Origin: a virus
Lineage: Duplodnaviria > Caudoviricetes
IMG/VR virus record: IMGVR_UViG_3300037851_000330
Coordinates: 1-55,326 of that record
Strand: one strand, 5' to 3'
DNA: 55,326 bases
Shown here: piece after piece, positions 29,355 through 38,165 of the stretch
Position numbering within the stretch: the stretch's first letter is position 1
Layout: the number at the start of each line of letters is the position of its first letter
The notes under the pieces: generated by a model
Told to the model about the DNA's origin: nothing
What the model saw: the letters and a program-made list of their open reading frames with translations, nothing else
Database searches by the model: none
Position numbers and translations under genes: made by a program

Positions 29355-29361
29355 TAAAATT

Positions 29362-29388
29362 GTAGACCGGCAGAGAGTTGGTCGAAAC
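29362..29388 (+). promoter_or_regulatory. conserved leader hairpin GTA-GAC-N4-loop-N4-GTC-GAAAC, copy 1
   Basis: Same geometry as 30504..30530 with covarying stem. Confidence 0.65.
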
Positions 29389-29408
29389 AACATATAGAAA
29401 GGTATTCT

Positions 29409-30491
29409 ATGGATTACAATTACTGTGTCATTATTGGGCGCTTTCAGCCACCACATCTATCTCACTTCTCAATGTTTAAGCAAGGTTTAAAAGAGGCAAA
29501 ACACTTAATTGTTGTTTTAGGTTCTGCTAAATCTTCTCCAAACACAAGAAACCCATTCTCTTTTGAGCATCGAGTCCATATGATTAAGCTTGGTATGTCT
29601 CAAGAAGAGATACAGAGAACTACGTTTGTTCCTGCTCGTGACTATCATTACAATGAAGACCATTGGATCACTGAAGTTCAACAAAGAGTTAACTCTATCA
29701 CAAACGGAGATGTCTCTGTTTGCCAAATAGGTTCATATAAAGATTCGTCTTCGTATTATGTTAAACTATTTCCACAGTGGGATTTCATTCCTGCTGTATC
29801 CAACGTATCTCTAAATGCTACAGACCTTAGAACAGAGATGTTCTCGATACCATACAAAAAAACGTGGAGCGACTTCGGTAACCAAGCCTCATTTGAACCT
29901 GATGATATTAAGCAAGTGCAAGACTATCTTAGCCACAATACTTTAAATGGCGTTGTTGCGTTTTTAACGCAGTTTATGTCTTCGCAGCAATATCTTAATC
30001 TAAGAGAAGAATATGATTACATCCAGAAATACAAAGCCGACTGGTCCCACGTACCTTTTCCTGTTACTTTTAATACTGTTGATTCTGTTGTTGTCCAATC
30101 CGGGCACATCCTTTTAGTAAAGAGAAAACACAATCCCGGCAAAGGACTATGGGCACTTCCCGGTGGCTTTCTTAAGAAAGATGAGCGTCTTCAGGCCGGT
30201 GCAATCAGGGAACTAAGAGAAGAAACTGGTATCAAAGTTCATGCTAGTGAGTTACATAAACATGTTGTAGCAGAGAAGACCTTTGATTACCCTAATCGCT
30301 CACTAAGGGGAAGAACTATTACAACTGCTTTTTATGTTAAGCTTCCTCATGGTGAACTGCCTGAGGTTAAAGGCGCAGATGATGCTGAGAAAGCACAATG
30401 GGTTCCTCTAATGGATATAGCTTCTATGGAAGCAGATTTCTTTGAAGACCATTGGCATATAATTCACTATTTTGTAAATGCAGGTCGATAA
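29409..30491 (+). CDS. nadM: bifunctional NMN adenylyltransferase / Nudix hydrolase (NadM-Nudix, NatV-like)
   Basis: IGRFQPPHLSH nucleotidyltransferase motif, NPF, and Nudix box GGFLKKDERLQAGAIRELREETG. Confidence 0.92.
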   Translation: MDYNYCVIIGRFQPPHLSHFSMFKQGLKEAKHLIVVLGSAKSSPNTRNPFSFEHRVHMIKLGMSQEEIQRTTFVPARDYHYNEDHWITEVQQRVNSITNGDVSVCQIGSYKDSSSYYVKLFPQWDFIPAVSNVSLNATDLRTEMFSIPYKKTWSDFGNQASFEPDDIKQVQDYLSHNTLNGVVAFLTQFMSSQQYLNLREEYDYIQKYKADWSHVPFPVTFNTVDSVVVQSGHILLVKRKHNPGKGLWALPGGFLKKDERLQAGAIRELREETGIKVHASELHKHVVAEKTFDYPNRSLRGRTITTAFYVKLPHGELPEVKGADDAEKAQWVPLMDIASMEADFFEDHWHIIHYFVNAGR

Positions 30492-30503
30492 TTTAAACTA
30501 AAC

Positions 30504-30530
30504 GTAGACGGGTAGGTAACTCGTCGAAAC
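30504..30530 (+). promoter_or_regulatory. conserved leader hairpin, copy 2
   Basis: GTAGACGGGT-AGGTA-ACTCGTCGAAAC immediately before the AAAGGAG RBS of nadV. Confidence 0.65.
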
Positions 30531-30544
30531 CAAAGGAGACAAAT

Positions 30545-32050
30545 ATGTCTGAATCGCAAAAGTTTACACACCCGCTTCTCTTCAACAAAGAGGGCGAATT
30601 GACACCATATAAAACTGAAGTAGAGATGCTTAAGGCATTAACTGCTCTATTGTCAGCAGAGAAAACTCTGAATGACATGCAGAATAACCTTCTGTTCAAC
30701 ACAGATAGTTATAAACCATCGCACTGGCTACAGTATCCGCCTAATACTACCTACACTCAATCTTATCTTGAGTCTCGTGGCGGTAAATATGGTCGAACTG
30801 TTATGTTTGGTCTACAGCCTATTCTAACTTTGTTAGAAAAAGGAATAACTAAAGAGAACGTTGAGCAAGCTGCTCAGTTTTACCAACTACATGGTGAACC
30901 TTTCAATAAAGAAGGTTGGATGTATATAGTTGAGAAACACGGTGGAAAACTTCCTCTTAAGATTCGTGCTGTACCTGAAGGCATGGTTGTTCCAACTGGT
31001 AATGTTTTAATGACATGTGAAAACACTGATCCTAACTGTTACTGGTTAACTTCTTACTTCGAAACAATGTTGATGCGCGTATGGTACCCAATCACAGTAG
31101 CCACTCAATCATGGCACTGTAAGCAAATCATCAAACAGTTCCTTGATGAAACTGCAGATGATACAGCAGCAGAGATTCTCTTTAAGTTACATGACTTCGG
31201 TTCTCGCGGTGTTTCATCTCGTGAATCTGCTGCTATCGGTGGTGCTGCCCATTTAGTTAACTTTATGGGTTCAGATACAGTTGACGGCGTTGTGTTTGCT
31301 AATAATCATTACAATTGCGGAATGGCTGGCTTCTCTATTCCTGCTGCAGAACATAGTACAATCACTACTTACGGCCGTGATAAAGAGGTTGATGCTTATC
31401 GTAACATGTTAAAGCAGTTTGCGAAACCTGGAGCGCTTGTTGCTGTAGTGTCTGATTCTTATGATATTTACAACGCAGTAGGTAATATCTGGGGTAAACA
31501 ACTTAAAGATGAGGTTATTGCATCAGGTGCCACCGTTATTATTCGCCCTGACTCCGGTAAACCATCTGAGGTGGTTCTTAAATGTCTACAACTTCTTGAT
31601 GAAAACTTCGGTACAACTTATAATCGCAAAGGATTCAAGGTATTGAACTACGTTCGCGTTATTCAAGGTGACGGCATCAATGAAGATAGTATCCGCGAAA
31701 TCTTACAGGTTGCTAAGAATGCTGGCTATTCTGCATCAAACATCGCGTTTGGTATGGGTGGAGCGTTATTGCAGCAAGTAAACCGCGATACACAGCGCTT
31801 TGCGTATAAATGCTCTTGGGCTAAGATCGATGGTAAAGATGTTGAGGTCTTTAAAGATCCAGTTACTGACCCAGGAAAAACTTCTAAGAAAGGTAAGCTT
31901 GACTTAGTTCGCCGTACAGCTGATGGTAAACTTGTCACTGTGAGTGGAAGTGAACAGTTTGGTTCTATCATGCGAACTGTTTTCCTTAACGGTAAAGTGA
32001 TTACGAAATACACCCTTGATCAAGTGCGCAAACTCGCTGAAGAAGGGTAA
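30545..32050 (+). CDS. nadV: nicotinamide phosphoribosyltransferase
   Basis: TDSYK.SH, LHDFG.RG, IPAAEHS, VSDSYD, IRPDSG, IQGDG, FGMGG.LLQ motifs. Confidence 0.95.
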   Translation: MSESQKFTHPLLFNKEGELTPYKTEVEMLKALTALLSAEKTLNDMQNNLLFNTDSYKPSHWLQYPPNTTYTQSYLESRGGKYGRTVMFGLQPILTLLEKGITKENVEQAAQFYQLHGEPFNKEGWMYIVEKHGGKLPLKIRAVPEGMVVPTGNVLMTCENTDPNCYWLTSYFETMLMRVWYPITVATQSWHCKQIIKQFLDETADDTAAEILFKLHDFGSRGVSSRESAAIGGAAHLVNFMGSDTVDGVVFANNHYNCGMAGFSIPAAEHSTITTYGRDKEVDAYRNMLKQFAKPGALVAVVSDSYDIYNAVGNIWGKQLKDEVIASGATVIIRPDSGKPSEVVLKCLQLLDENFGTTYNRKGFKVLNYVRVIQGDGINEDSIREILQVAKNAGYSASNIAFGMGGALLQQVNRDTQRFAYKCSWAKIDGKDVEVFKDPVTDPGKTSKKGKLDLVRRTADGKLVTVSGSEQFGSIMRTVFLNGKVITKYTLDQVRKLAEEG

Positions 32051-32085
32051 CAGAATCGATTTCTCGCATACGTGGAGGTTCGCGT

Positions 32086-32406
32086 ATGCGAGAATGCTCA
32101 AAATGTCAAGCTGAATACAATCCTGAAGAACGTAGAGGTAAGCCTGGTTTAATTACAGAATGTAACGATTGCGCTGAGGATCATGTTACTAAGTATACAG
32201 GCAATATGATTTATGACCACAAGACATCAGCAACAATTCAGATAAATACTGATCCATCATTGACCGCTTATATCAACAACTCTACTAAACTGAGGAATAA
32301 AGGTTCTAATTTAGGCAATAACCTAAAAGTTTCTGGTGCCGTAAAGGGCGAAGGTCGTTGTCTAATGACCGCTGGTGGAAAAATAAACGCGAAAGGCAAA
32401 CTGTGA
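32086..32406 (+). CDS. hypothetical zinc-ribbon protein
   Basis: CSKC...CNDC; GGAGG RBS; promoter at 32050. Confidence 0.65.
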   Translation: MRECSKCQAEYNPEERRGKPGLITECNDCAEDHVTKYTGNMIYDHKTSATIQINTDPSLTAYINNSTKLRNKGSNLGNNLKVSGAVKGEGRCLMTAGGKINAKGKL

Positions 32407-32798
32407 AAGCTAATATGTTGAATGTAGAGCACGCATGCGCTCTGCTAATAGAGATAGCACAACTAGAAAAGAACAGACAAGATTTGTACTTAGAAAGATC
32501 AGAGCATATAAAGGCTAAATTGACAGGTAAAGCTGATATATGTGAAGAACTAATAGAAAATACTAAGGTCTTATTAGCTTTAAAGAAAGACAACCTTAGA
32601 ACTCTTGAGCGTAATTTAGATCTTGAAATAGAGTATGGTTGGGTAAATGGAACCAATGTTGCTATGAAAATATGGCAGCTTAACGGTAGAAAACCACCAA
32701 TCGAACTTGTTAAAAGTCATCAAGAAGTTAAAGAAAAAGCAGAAAATTTTATATCTGATTGTATCTTGGGAGCATACGACTCAACCGATACGACGTAA
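32358..32798 (+). CDS. hypothetical protein with C-terminal tag (true start probably ~32403)
   Basis: Ends FISDCILGAYDSTDTT. Confidence 0.6.
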   Translation: MSNDRWWKNKRERQTVKANMLNVEHACALLIEIAQLEKNRQDLYLERSEHIKAKLTGKADICEELIENTKVLLALKKDNLRTLERNLDLEIEYGWVNGTNVAMKIWQLNGRKPPIELVKSHQEVKEKAENFISDCILGAYDSTDTT

Positions 32799-32802
32799 TA
32801 AT

Positions 32803-33147
32803 ATGAAAAGATTATTATTGTCCATAGTCATTTTCTTAATTAGCAGACAATCGTTTGCTAAAGATCCTTATTCCACTTTATTAGATGCTTGTCTGAAAGA
32901 TTCTAGAGTGGAATTCTGCAATAATATGAACAACATGAAAGACACTACACAAAAAGCAGCAGAGAGATATCTGTTAAGTGTAGGCTTATATAATGCAAGT
33001 GTGTTTGTTGGTTCATTTATACAGGCATCTCTAAACCAAAGAGTAGAAATACGTGACAATTCAAGAATATCCTATCTTGGCAATCAAAGAGCATTGATAT
33101 TAAGGCCAGATCAAGTGCTTATAGTTATAACTTGGCCAATAGATTAG
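32803..33147 (+). CDS. exported hypothetical protein
   Basis: Signal peptide MKRLLLSIVIFLISRQSFA. Confidence 0.6.
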   Translation: MKRLLLSIVIFLISRQSFAKDPYSTLLDACLKDSRVEFCNNMNNMKDTTQKAAERYLLSVGLYNASVFVGSFIQASLNQRVEIRDNSRISYLGNQRALILRPDQVLIVITWPID

Positions 33148-33155
33148 AGGAAGCA

Positions 33156-33968
33156 ATGAGAAAAATCATATTTTTATTACTGTTGTTGCTATCTTCTCAA
33201 GCTGAAGGTAAGAAGATAATTGTTGCAGTTATAGATACTGGCTTCGATATGACTAGTGAATGGTCAAATGCATCCGCTAACGGCTTAACTAAGCCAAAGG
33301 TTTGCAAGATGGGGCATTATGATTTTGAGAACAAGACACCAAAGATAAAAGATATAAATGGCCACGGTACTCATATCGCGGGTTTAATAGCTCAAAACAA
33401 CGAGAACACTGATTATTGTATGGTTTTTTATAACTACTATGGATCTGGTGACACTTTAGAAGCTAGCTTAAAGGCATATAGACGCGCAATAGATATAAGA
33501 GTAGATATAATAAACTATTCTGGTGGTGGCGAAGAGTATTCTGCTAGAGAATGCGCTTTAATGAAAGAAGCTCTTGATGCTGGAATAGTGGTAGTTGCTG
33601 CCGCTGGTAATGAAGGCAAGAACCTCGATGAAAACCCATACTATCCAGCGCTATGTGATCCACGTATCATAGTCGTAGCCAACACATATCCCGATGGTTC
33701 ACTTGCACCAAGTTCTAACTATAGCTTAAAGGATCATAAAGTACAGAAAGTACATGGTACTAATGTAATGAGCCTAGGTCTTAAAGATACATACTCTATT
33801 ATGACTGGTACTTCACAATCTACAGCTAAGATGACGTCTAAAATCTTGAACGAGATGAGTAAAATAGATTATGAGACGCAAAAGGTTTGTACGTTTAATT
33901 ACGTCGGCATAATGAAATGTACAAAAACAACGAAAAAAGTAAAATTTAATGCCGATAAGTATAGGTAA
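33156..33968 (+). CDS. secreted subtilisin-like (S8) serine protease
   Basis: Signal peptide; VAVIDTG, HGTHIAG, AAGN, GTSQS catalytic motifs. Confidence 0.9.
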   Translation: MRKIIFLLLLLLSSQAEGKKIIVAVIDTGFDMTSEWSNASANGLTKPKVCKMGHYDFENKTPKIKDINGHGTHIAGLIAQNNENTDYCMVFYNYYGSGDTLEASLKAYRRAIDIRVDIINYSGGGEEYSARECALMKEALDAGIVVVAAAGNEGKNLDENPYYPALCDPRIIVVANTYPDGSLAPSSNYSLKDHKVQKVHGTNVMSLGLKDTYSIMTGTSQSTAKMTSKILNEMSKIDYETQKVCTFNYVGIMKCTKTTKKVKFNADKYR

Positions 33969-33970
33969 TT

Positions 33971-34222
33971 ATGTTCAAGGTTGATGATGTATTGAGAATG
34001 AAGAAAACTGCTCTTGAGAGAGATTTGCAAAATATAAACAGTGAAACTACGGTTTATAAAAATTTATTTAAAGTTGCAGAGCAATATACTTTTAAAGTGA
34101 TTGCTATAAACTTAAATGGCTATATCTTGCAAAGAAACGATGGGCGTGAGTTTGAATCTGCCAACACGTTAGCTCATGATTCTTTTGAATTAGTGGAGAA
34201 CACAAACCAAATCGATAAATAA
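33971..34222 (+). CDS. hypothetical protein
   Basis: 83 aa ORF. Confidence 0.55.
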   Translation: MFKVDDVLRMKKTALERDLQNINSETTVYKNLFKVAEQYTFKVIAINLNGYILQRNDGREFESANTLAHDSFELVENTNQIDK

Positions 34223-34245
34223 GTACGATAATCATAGGAGGGGAC

Positions 34246-34857
34246 ATGGGTATCGCTACAATTATAGCAACGATTTTTACGTTGCTGGTTATTTTTCAGA
34301 TTAAGCACTTTGTCGCGGACTTTTTATTGCAAGTGCCGATTAAATACATGTTAGGAAAGTTTAAGTCTGGCTGGGACTTTGTTCTTCCGTTGGCTGCGCA
34401 CTGTGCAGTTCATGGATACCTTACTCTCATTATATGTTTATATTACGATAAGAGCTACTGGTGGCTTGCTGTAGTTGACTTCGTAGTTCATTTCCTTGTA
34501 GATAGATTAAAGGCAGGACCTAAGTATTTTGGACGCTTTAAGTCTCTATCTGCAAATGAGATGATTCCTTTGATTCAAAAGCATAAAGCCGGTTTATTAA
34601 GTATTGAAGATAAAAAGTTAATCAGAGACAATGGGATTTACTATATAACATTAGGTTTAGATCAAATGTTACATAGCTTAACTCATTACTTCATCATATA
34701 TATGCTAGTTCAAAGCATGAACGAGTTTGTTGTTTTTACTAATTTTGCTCTTGGCGTGATGTTTTTGCCACTGATAGTTATTGCTAAAATATTTTGGTTA
34801 TTTTGGTTCTTCTTTGCGGTCTACAGGTTCGTCAAGATGAGATTGAGTATCAACTAA
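34246..34857 (+). CDS. DUF3307-like membrane protein
   Basis: KHFVADF.LQ, H..VH, HF.VD..K, GLDQ.LH motifs. Confidence 0.8.
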   Translation: MGIATIIATIFTLLVIFQIKHFVADFLLQVPIKYMLGKFKSGWDFVLPLAAHCAVHGYLTLIICLYYDKSYWWLAVVDFVVHFLVDRLKAGPKYFGRFKSLSANEMIPLIQKHKAGLLSIEDKKLIRDNGIYYITLGLDQMLHSLTHYFIIYMLVQSMNEFVVFTNFALGVMFLPLIVIAKIFWLFWFFFAVYRFVKMRLSIN

Positions 34858-35034
34858 TGGTTCTAAATTATCGTAGCGGAGCATCTTATGTTTGAGTGCG
34901 AGTGTATGTTTATTTGGATGTATCAGTTCTATATCGAACTCTGTGAACCCACAAGTGGGACATTTGAACCAAAAGACTAACTCTTGGTGTTGCTGGAGCA
35001 GAACGATTTTACATATAGAGCAGTTTTTGTGCAT
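34798..35034 (-). CDS. possible small zinc-ribbon protein
   Basis: CSIC...CPTCG; fills intergenic gap. Confidence 0.4.
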   Translation of the reverse strand: MHKNCSICKIVLLQQHQELVFWFKCPTCGFTEFDIELIHPNKHTLALKHKMLRYDNLEPLVDTQSHLDEPVDRKEEPK

Positions 35035-35061
35035 TTATTTATTATCTCATAAGGGGGATAT

Positions 35062-35274
35062 ATGTTTTCAAAAAAGTTTGCAAGTCGCCTAATGTTTATT
35101 ATGATTTGCTTCTTGCTCCTAAGAGCGGCTTTTTACTTATTTAACGCACAACCAGTTCAAGCTCTATTTGATATGGTTTTAGGTTTATATTTCGCTAATA
35201 GCTCAGATATTTCTAATATAAAAGAGCGTTTAAACGTTTTAGAGAACGGTGAAGACGATGAAGAAGGCACTTAG
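35062..35274 (+). CDS. small membrane protein
   Basis: Two hydrophobic segments, AAGGGGG RBS. Confidence 0.55.
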   Translation: MFSKKFASRLMFIMICFLLLRAAFYLFNAQPVQALFDMVLGLYFANSSDISNIKERLNVLENGEDDEEGT

Positions 35275-35758
35275 CTTAATCGTTCCCATAATGGCACTAT
35301 GTTACCAAATATTCTTGTGGAATGTTAAAATACCTGCACCGAGACGAGGTATACATCCAGAGGTACAGCAATACGTTGATCGTTTTGTGAAGTTAGCAAA
35401 AGATGTAGGTAATAAAGATTACAAGCATTTTATGTTAAATATCGATATAGCTGATTCTATTAAGGACAGCTTTAATGGAGTTGTAACTAGTGATGACGTT
35501 GTTGGTTGGTGTAAGCCATATATCTATCCGCTGCAGATTATGATTCAATCTGAGCAGTGGAGAACATCCTCTGATATGCAGAGGGAGCAACTAATGTTTC
35601 ATGAGTTGGGGCATTGTTTATTGCGAAGACAGCATGATGAAACAACGTCTCCTAATGGAACACCAATGTCTATAATGTATCCATTCTTAGTTCCAGAGCA
35701 CACTTATGAGACCTTTAGAGATGAGTACATTAAAGAACTTTTTGGAGTCAAGAAATGA
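35258..35758 (+). CDS. exported zinc metalloprotease (metzincin-like)
   Basis: N-terminal signal/anchor; HELGHCLLRRQH and SIMYP Met-turn. Confidence 0.8.
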   Translation: MKKALSLIVPIMALCYQIFLWNVKIPAPRRGIHPEVQQYVDRFVKLAKDVGNKDYKHFMLNIDIADSIKDSFNGVVTSDDVVGWCKPYIYPLQIMIQSEQWRTSSDMQREQLMFHELGHCLLRRQHDETTSPNGTPMSIMYPFLVPEHTYETFRDEYIKELFGVKK

Positions 35759-35967
35759 ACTGGAAAGAACTCTTTGAGATAAAAGAAGAAACAGATCTGT
35801 ATGTCGATCTAGCATGGAATAGTCCAAATAGAACTCCATATCATTTAGTGAATAAACTTTCTGGTGAAGTTGTTGCTAAATATAAAGATCATGTTTATGC
35901 TGTAAAACAGGCTAAAAGAAAGTACAGAAGGTTGATCAAGAAAACAGAAAAGATAATTTTAGAGTAA
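35755..35967 (+). CDS. hypothetical protein with C-terminal tag
   Basis: Ends TEKIILE. Confidence 0.6.
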   Translation: MNWKELFEIKEETDLYVDLAWNSPNRTPYHLVNKLSGEVVAKYKDHVYAVKQAKRKYRRLIKKTEKIILE

Positions 35968-35970
35968 ATT

Positions 35971-36179
35971 GACTGCGGACGTTAATCGTGCACTTTCTAT
36001 CTAAGAATTAGGTAGATGGTGTGGGAGCTGCTTGCAACGCCTTTATGGCGCTCTGGATAAAGTGTGTAACGGTCGAAACAGTCTTAGGTAGATCGTAGGA
36101 AGCGATTCAAGAATACTTTCTATCTATAAGATGACGGTGAATCGTGGCTCTACAGCTCTGTGCACGAGGGCTGTAGAGC
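35971..36179 (+). ncRNA. candidate structured non-coding RNA (~210 nt)
   Basis: ORF-free intergenic; nested stems GACTG/CAGTC, CGTTA/TAACG, TGCACTTT/AAAGTGTG, TCTATCTA/TAGGTAGA (twice), and 13-bp terminal hairpin 36147-36179. Confidence 0.6.
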
Positions 36180-36210
36180 TTATTCCTAATTATAAATTAT
36201 AAGGAGCAAC

Positions 36211-36483
36211 ATGAGAACAAAGGTATTTATTGAAACATTTAAAGGTCATGAGTTATTTGCTATCTACGAAGTAGACGATAATGATAATAAGTTAAAGCAA
36301 ACTCCTGTTATTAGTTTTGGCGGCACAAAAGCAAGTCTTATAGTTAATCACATTGATTCACTAAAGCAATTTGCTGACAAGCGTGCCAAGAATGTAGTTA
36401 AAGCAAACATCGACATCAACAAGCTTTCTCCTGAAGAACAGCAGGCGCTTGAGTCTTTAATGTCAAAGGCGACCAACACATGA
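36211..36483 (+). CDS. hypothetical protein with IDxxxLSPE C-terminal module
   Basis: AAGGAG RBS; FKG......ISFG.TKA..I..HID pattern. Confidence 0.65.
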   Translation: MRTKVFIETFKGHELFAIYEVDDNDNKLKQTPVISFGGTKASLIVNHIDSLKQFADKRAKNVVKANIDINKLSPEEQQALESLMSKATNT

Positions 36484-36674
36484 TATTTGCACTGCTGCTT
36501 GCATTAGTAGGTATTGCTTTGTTGATATTTGGTATCTTCTTCTCTTCTGTCAATAAAGATACTTCTAACGAAGACGTTCAGAGAAAGATGGCCAATGATC
36601 TTAAGCGACAAACAGAAATCTTAGAAAGAAATAGAATGGAGTCATACTCTAGATCTAGTCATTTTAAGGATTAA
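36480..36674 (+). CDS. small membrane protein
   Basis: N-terminal TM helix. Confidence 0.55.
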   Translation: MIFALLLALVGIALLIFGIFFSSVNKDTSNEDVQRKMANDLKRQTEILERNRMESYSRSSHFKD

Positions 36675-36675
36675 C

Positions 36676-36945
36676 GTGAAGATAAAGCTAACTCAACTAT
36701 ATAGAATAATTGATAAAATGAGGTCAGAATGTGACCATTATTCTACATATAATAAGGATTTAGTTGTTGATTTGTCTATCGTTGAAGAAGATCTTAAAGA
36801 TAACTTTGTCGATGCTTTCATTATTAAAGCAGAATATGTTGATACTAATCAAGCATCACATCAAGTTACTTTAGAGGTCTTTAATAATCAAGACTCAGAG
36901 CCAAAGATGACTCACACAAAATCTTATTACGTGAAGCCTACTTAA
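36676..36945 (+). CDS. hypothetical protein
   Basis: AAGGA RBS, GTG start. Confidence 0.55.
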   Translation: MKIKLTQLYRIIDKMRSECDHYSTYNKDLVVDLSIVEEDLKDNFVDAFIIKAEYVDTNQASHQVTLEVFNNQDSEPKMTHTKSYYVKPT

Positions 36946-37213
36946 TTTTACCGGGAGCAGTAGTGATACCAGTATGCGCGGCAGGACTGCCGGCAGTTGC
37001 AACAGGAATACCAGGAGTTACTTCAGCGTTTGTTTGGATTTCATCGACTATATCCATAGCAACATCTGATATTGCGTCTGCGATGCGAGACCACATCTCT
37101 TTTGATACTCCACCGTACTCTGCAGTAGCACCTACTTCTGGAAAGTTTCTAGCTAAACTAGCCTCAATTCGTTTCTTGAATTTCGCCTTCATTGCAGCAG
37201 ATTGTAATGGCAT
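36938..37213 (-). CDS. small putative baseplate/spike-associated protein
   Basis: AAGGAG RBS and GGTATAAT upstream; helical N-part then IPVATAGSPAAHTGITTAPGKIK C-terminus. Confidence 0.55.
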   Translation of the reverse strand: MPLQSAAMKAKFKKRIEASLARNFPEVGATAEYGGVSKEMWSRIADAISDVAMDIVDEIQTNAEVTPGIPVATAGSPAAHTGITTAPGKIK

Positions 37214-37241
37214 TGTAAAATCTCCTTAAAGGATTATACCC

Positions 37242-37490
37242 ATGTTACCACCAAATATAAGACAACAAGTTATCGATGTTCTGGTTCAGAACGAATCTAA
37301 TTTTTTACGCCAAAATACATATGACGGCACAATTGAAACCTTGATGAGAAATGGTTTTAAGGGCTACGCTGCATTCACTGATGAGCAGTTAGTTGCTACA
37401 TTAAAGGCGAAGTCTAGTCAAAATAATAGTTGGGATTGTACGGCTATGTTAAATCAATTAGCAGATTTTATAATCTTAGGACAACTATGA
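37242..37490 (+). CDS. hypothetical protein with C-terminal tag
   Basis: TDEQL motif; ends LADFIILGQL. Confidence 0.65.
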   Translation: MLPPNIRQQVIDVLVQNESNFLRQNTYDGTIETLMRNGFKGYAAFTDEQLVATLKAKSSQNNSWDCTAMLNQLADFIILGQL

Positions 37491-37912
37491 AGATAGAGCT
37501 TTATACAGATGGTAGCGGTACGTCAATGGGAAGTCCTGGTGGTTGGGCTTTTGTTGTTATAGTGGATGGTGTTAAGGTTCATGAATCGTCTGGTTCTGAA
37601 GAAAACGCTACTAATAACACTATGGAACTCACTGCAGCACTTAAAGGTTTAGAGTACATAAACAGCAATGCGCAGTATAAAAGCGCAGATATAACTTTAA
37701 TAAGTGATAGTCAATTGGTTTTAAATTTTGCAAAGGGTACATGGGAATGCAAGAAGTTGCATCTTGCGTTATTGGCTGCTAAATTAAATACATTATTTAA
37801 AACCTTGAATGCAAAAGATCAATGGGTCAAGGGTCATTCTGGCAATGAATATAATGAGCTATGTGATAAACTAGCTGGTGAAGCTAGAGAAAGTCTTATA
37901 AAAAATGGATGA
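37487..37912 (+). CDS. rnhA: ribonuclease HI
   Basis: YTDGS, TNN.MEL.A, SDSQ, WVKGHSG..NE.CD motifs. Confidence 0.92.
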   Translation: MKIELYTDGSGTSMGSPGGWAFVVIVDGVKVHESSGSEENATNNTMELTAALKGLEYINSNAQYKSADITLISDSQLVLNFAKGTWECKKLHLALLAAKLNTLFKTLNAKDQWVKGHSGNEYNELCDKLAGEARESLIKNG

Positions 37913-38165
37913 TGTAGAGTTTGAGAAGCAGCGTTTATATGTAATGAAAAACTGCATAGAGGCTATGCACTTAATGGGACTGTCTGATACAGAAGATGCT
38001 TCAAAAGCAATCAACGTTTTAACATATGAATTTGTTAAGAGTGAATATAAGCGCGCCATGCAATATATATGTGACGCGCTTACAAAAAACTTTAATCAAA
38101 TTTCACAGACTCCGGCGACACAGGCTAATGTCTTAGATCCCTCAGTGTTATCCTCAAGCTCATAA
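37905..38165 (+). CDS. hypothetical protein
   Basis: Coupled to RNase H; 3' end overlaps nrdJ convergently. Confidence 0.5.
   Translation: MDDVEFEKQRLYVMKNCIEAMHLMGLSDTEDASKAINVLTYEFVKSEYKRAMQYICDALTKNFNQISQTPATQANVLDPSVLSSSS

Noticed and set aside
35993-36017. TTTCTATCTAAGAATTAGGTAGAT resembles a Cas12a repeat end
   Set aside because: Single copy with different stem/loop sizes; better explained as one stem of the larger RNA
35971-36083. Hammerhead ribozyme or group I intron core (GTC-GAAAC; GACTG/CAGTC as P7)
   Set aside because: No CUGANGA box; no visible P3-P6 elements and no interrupted gene
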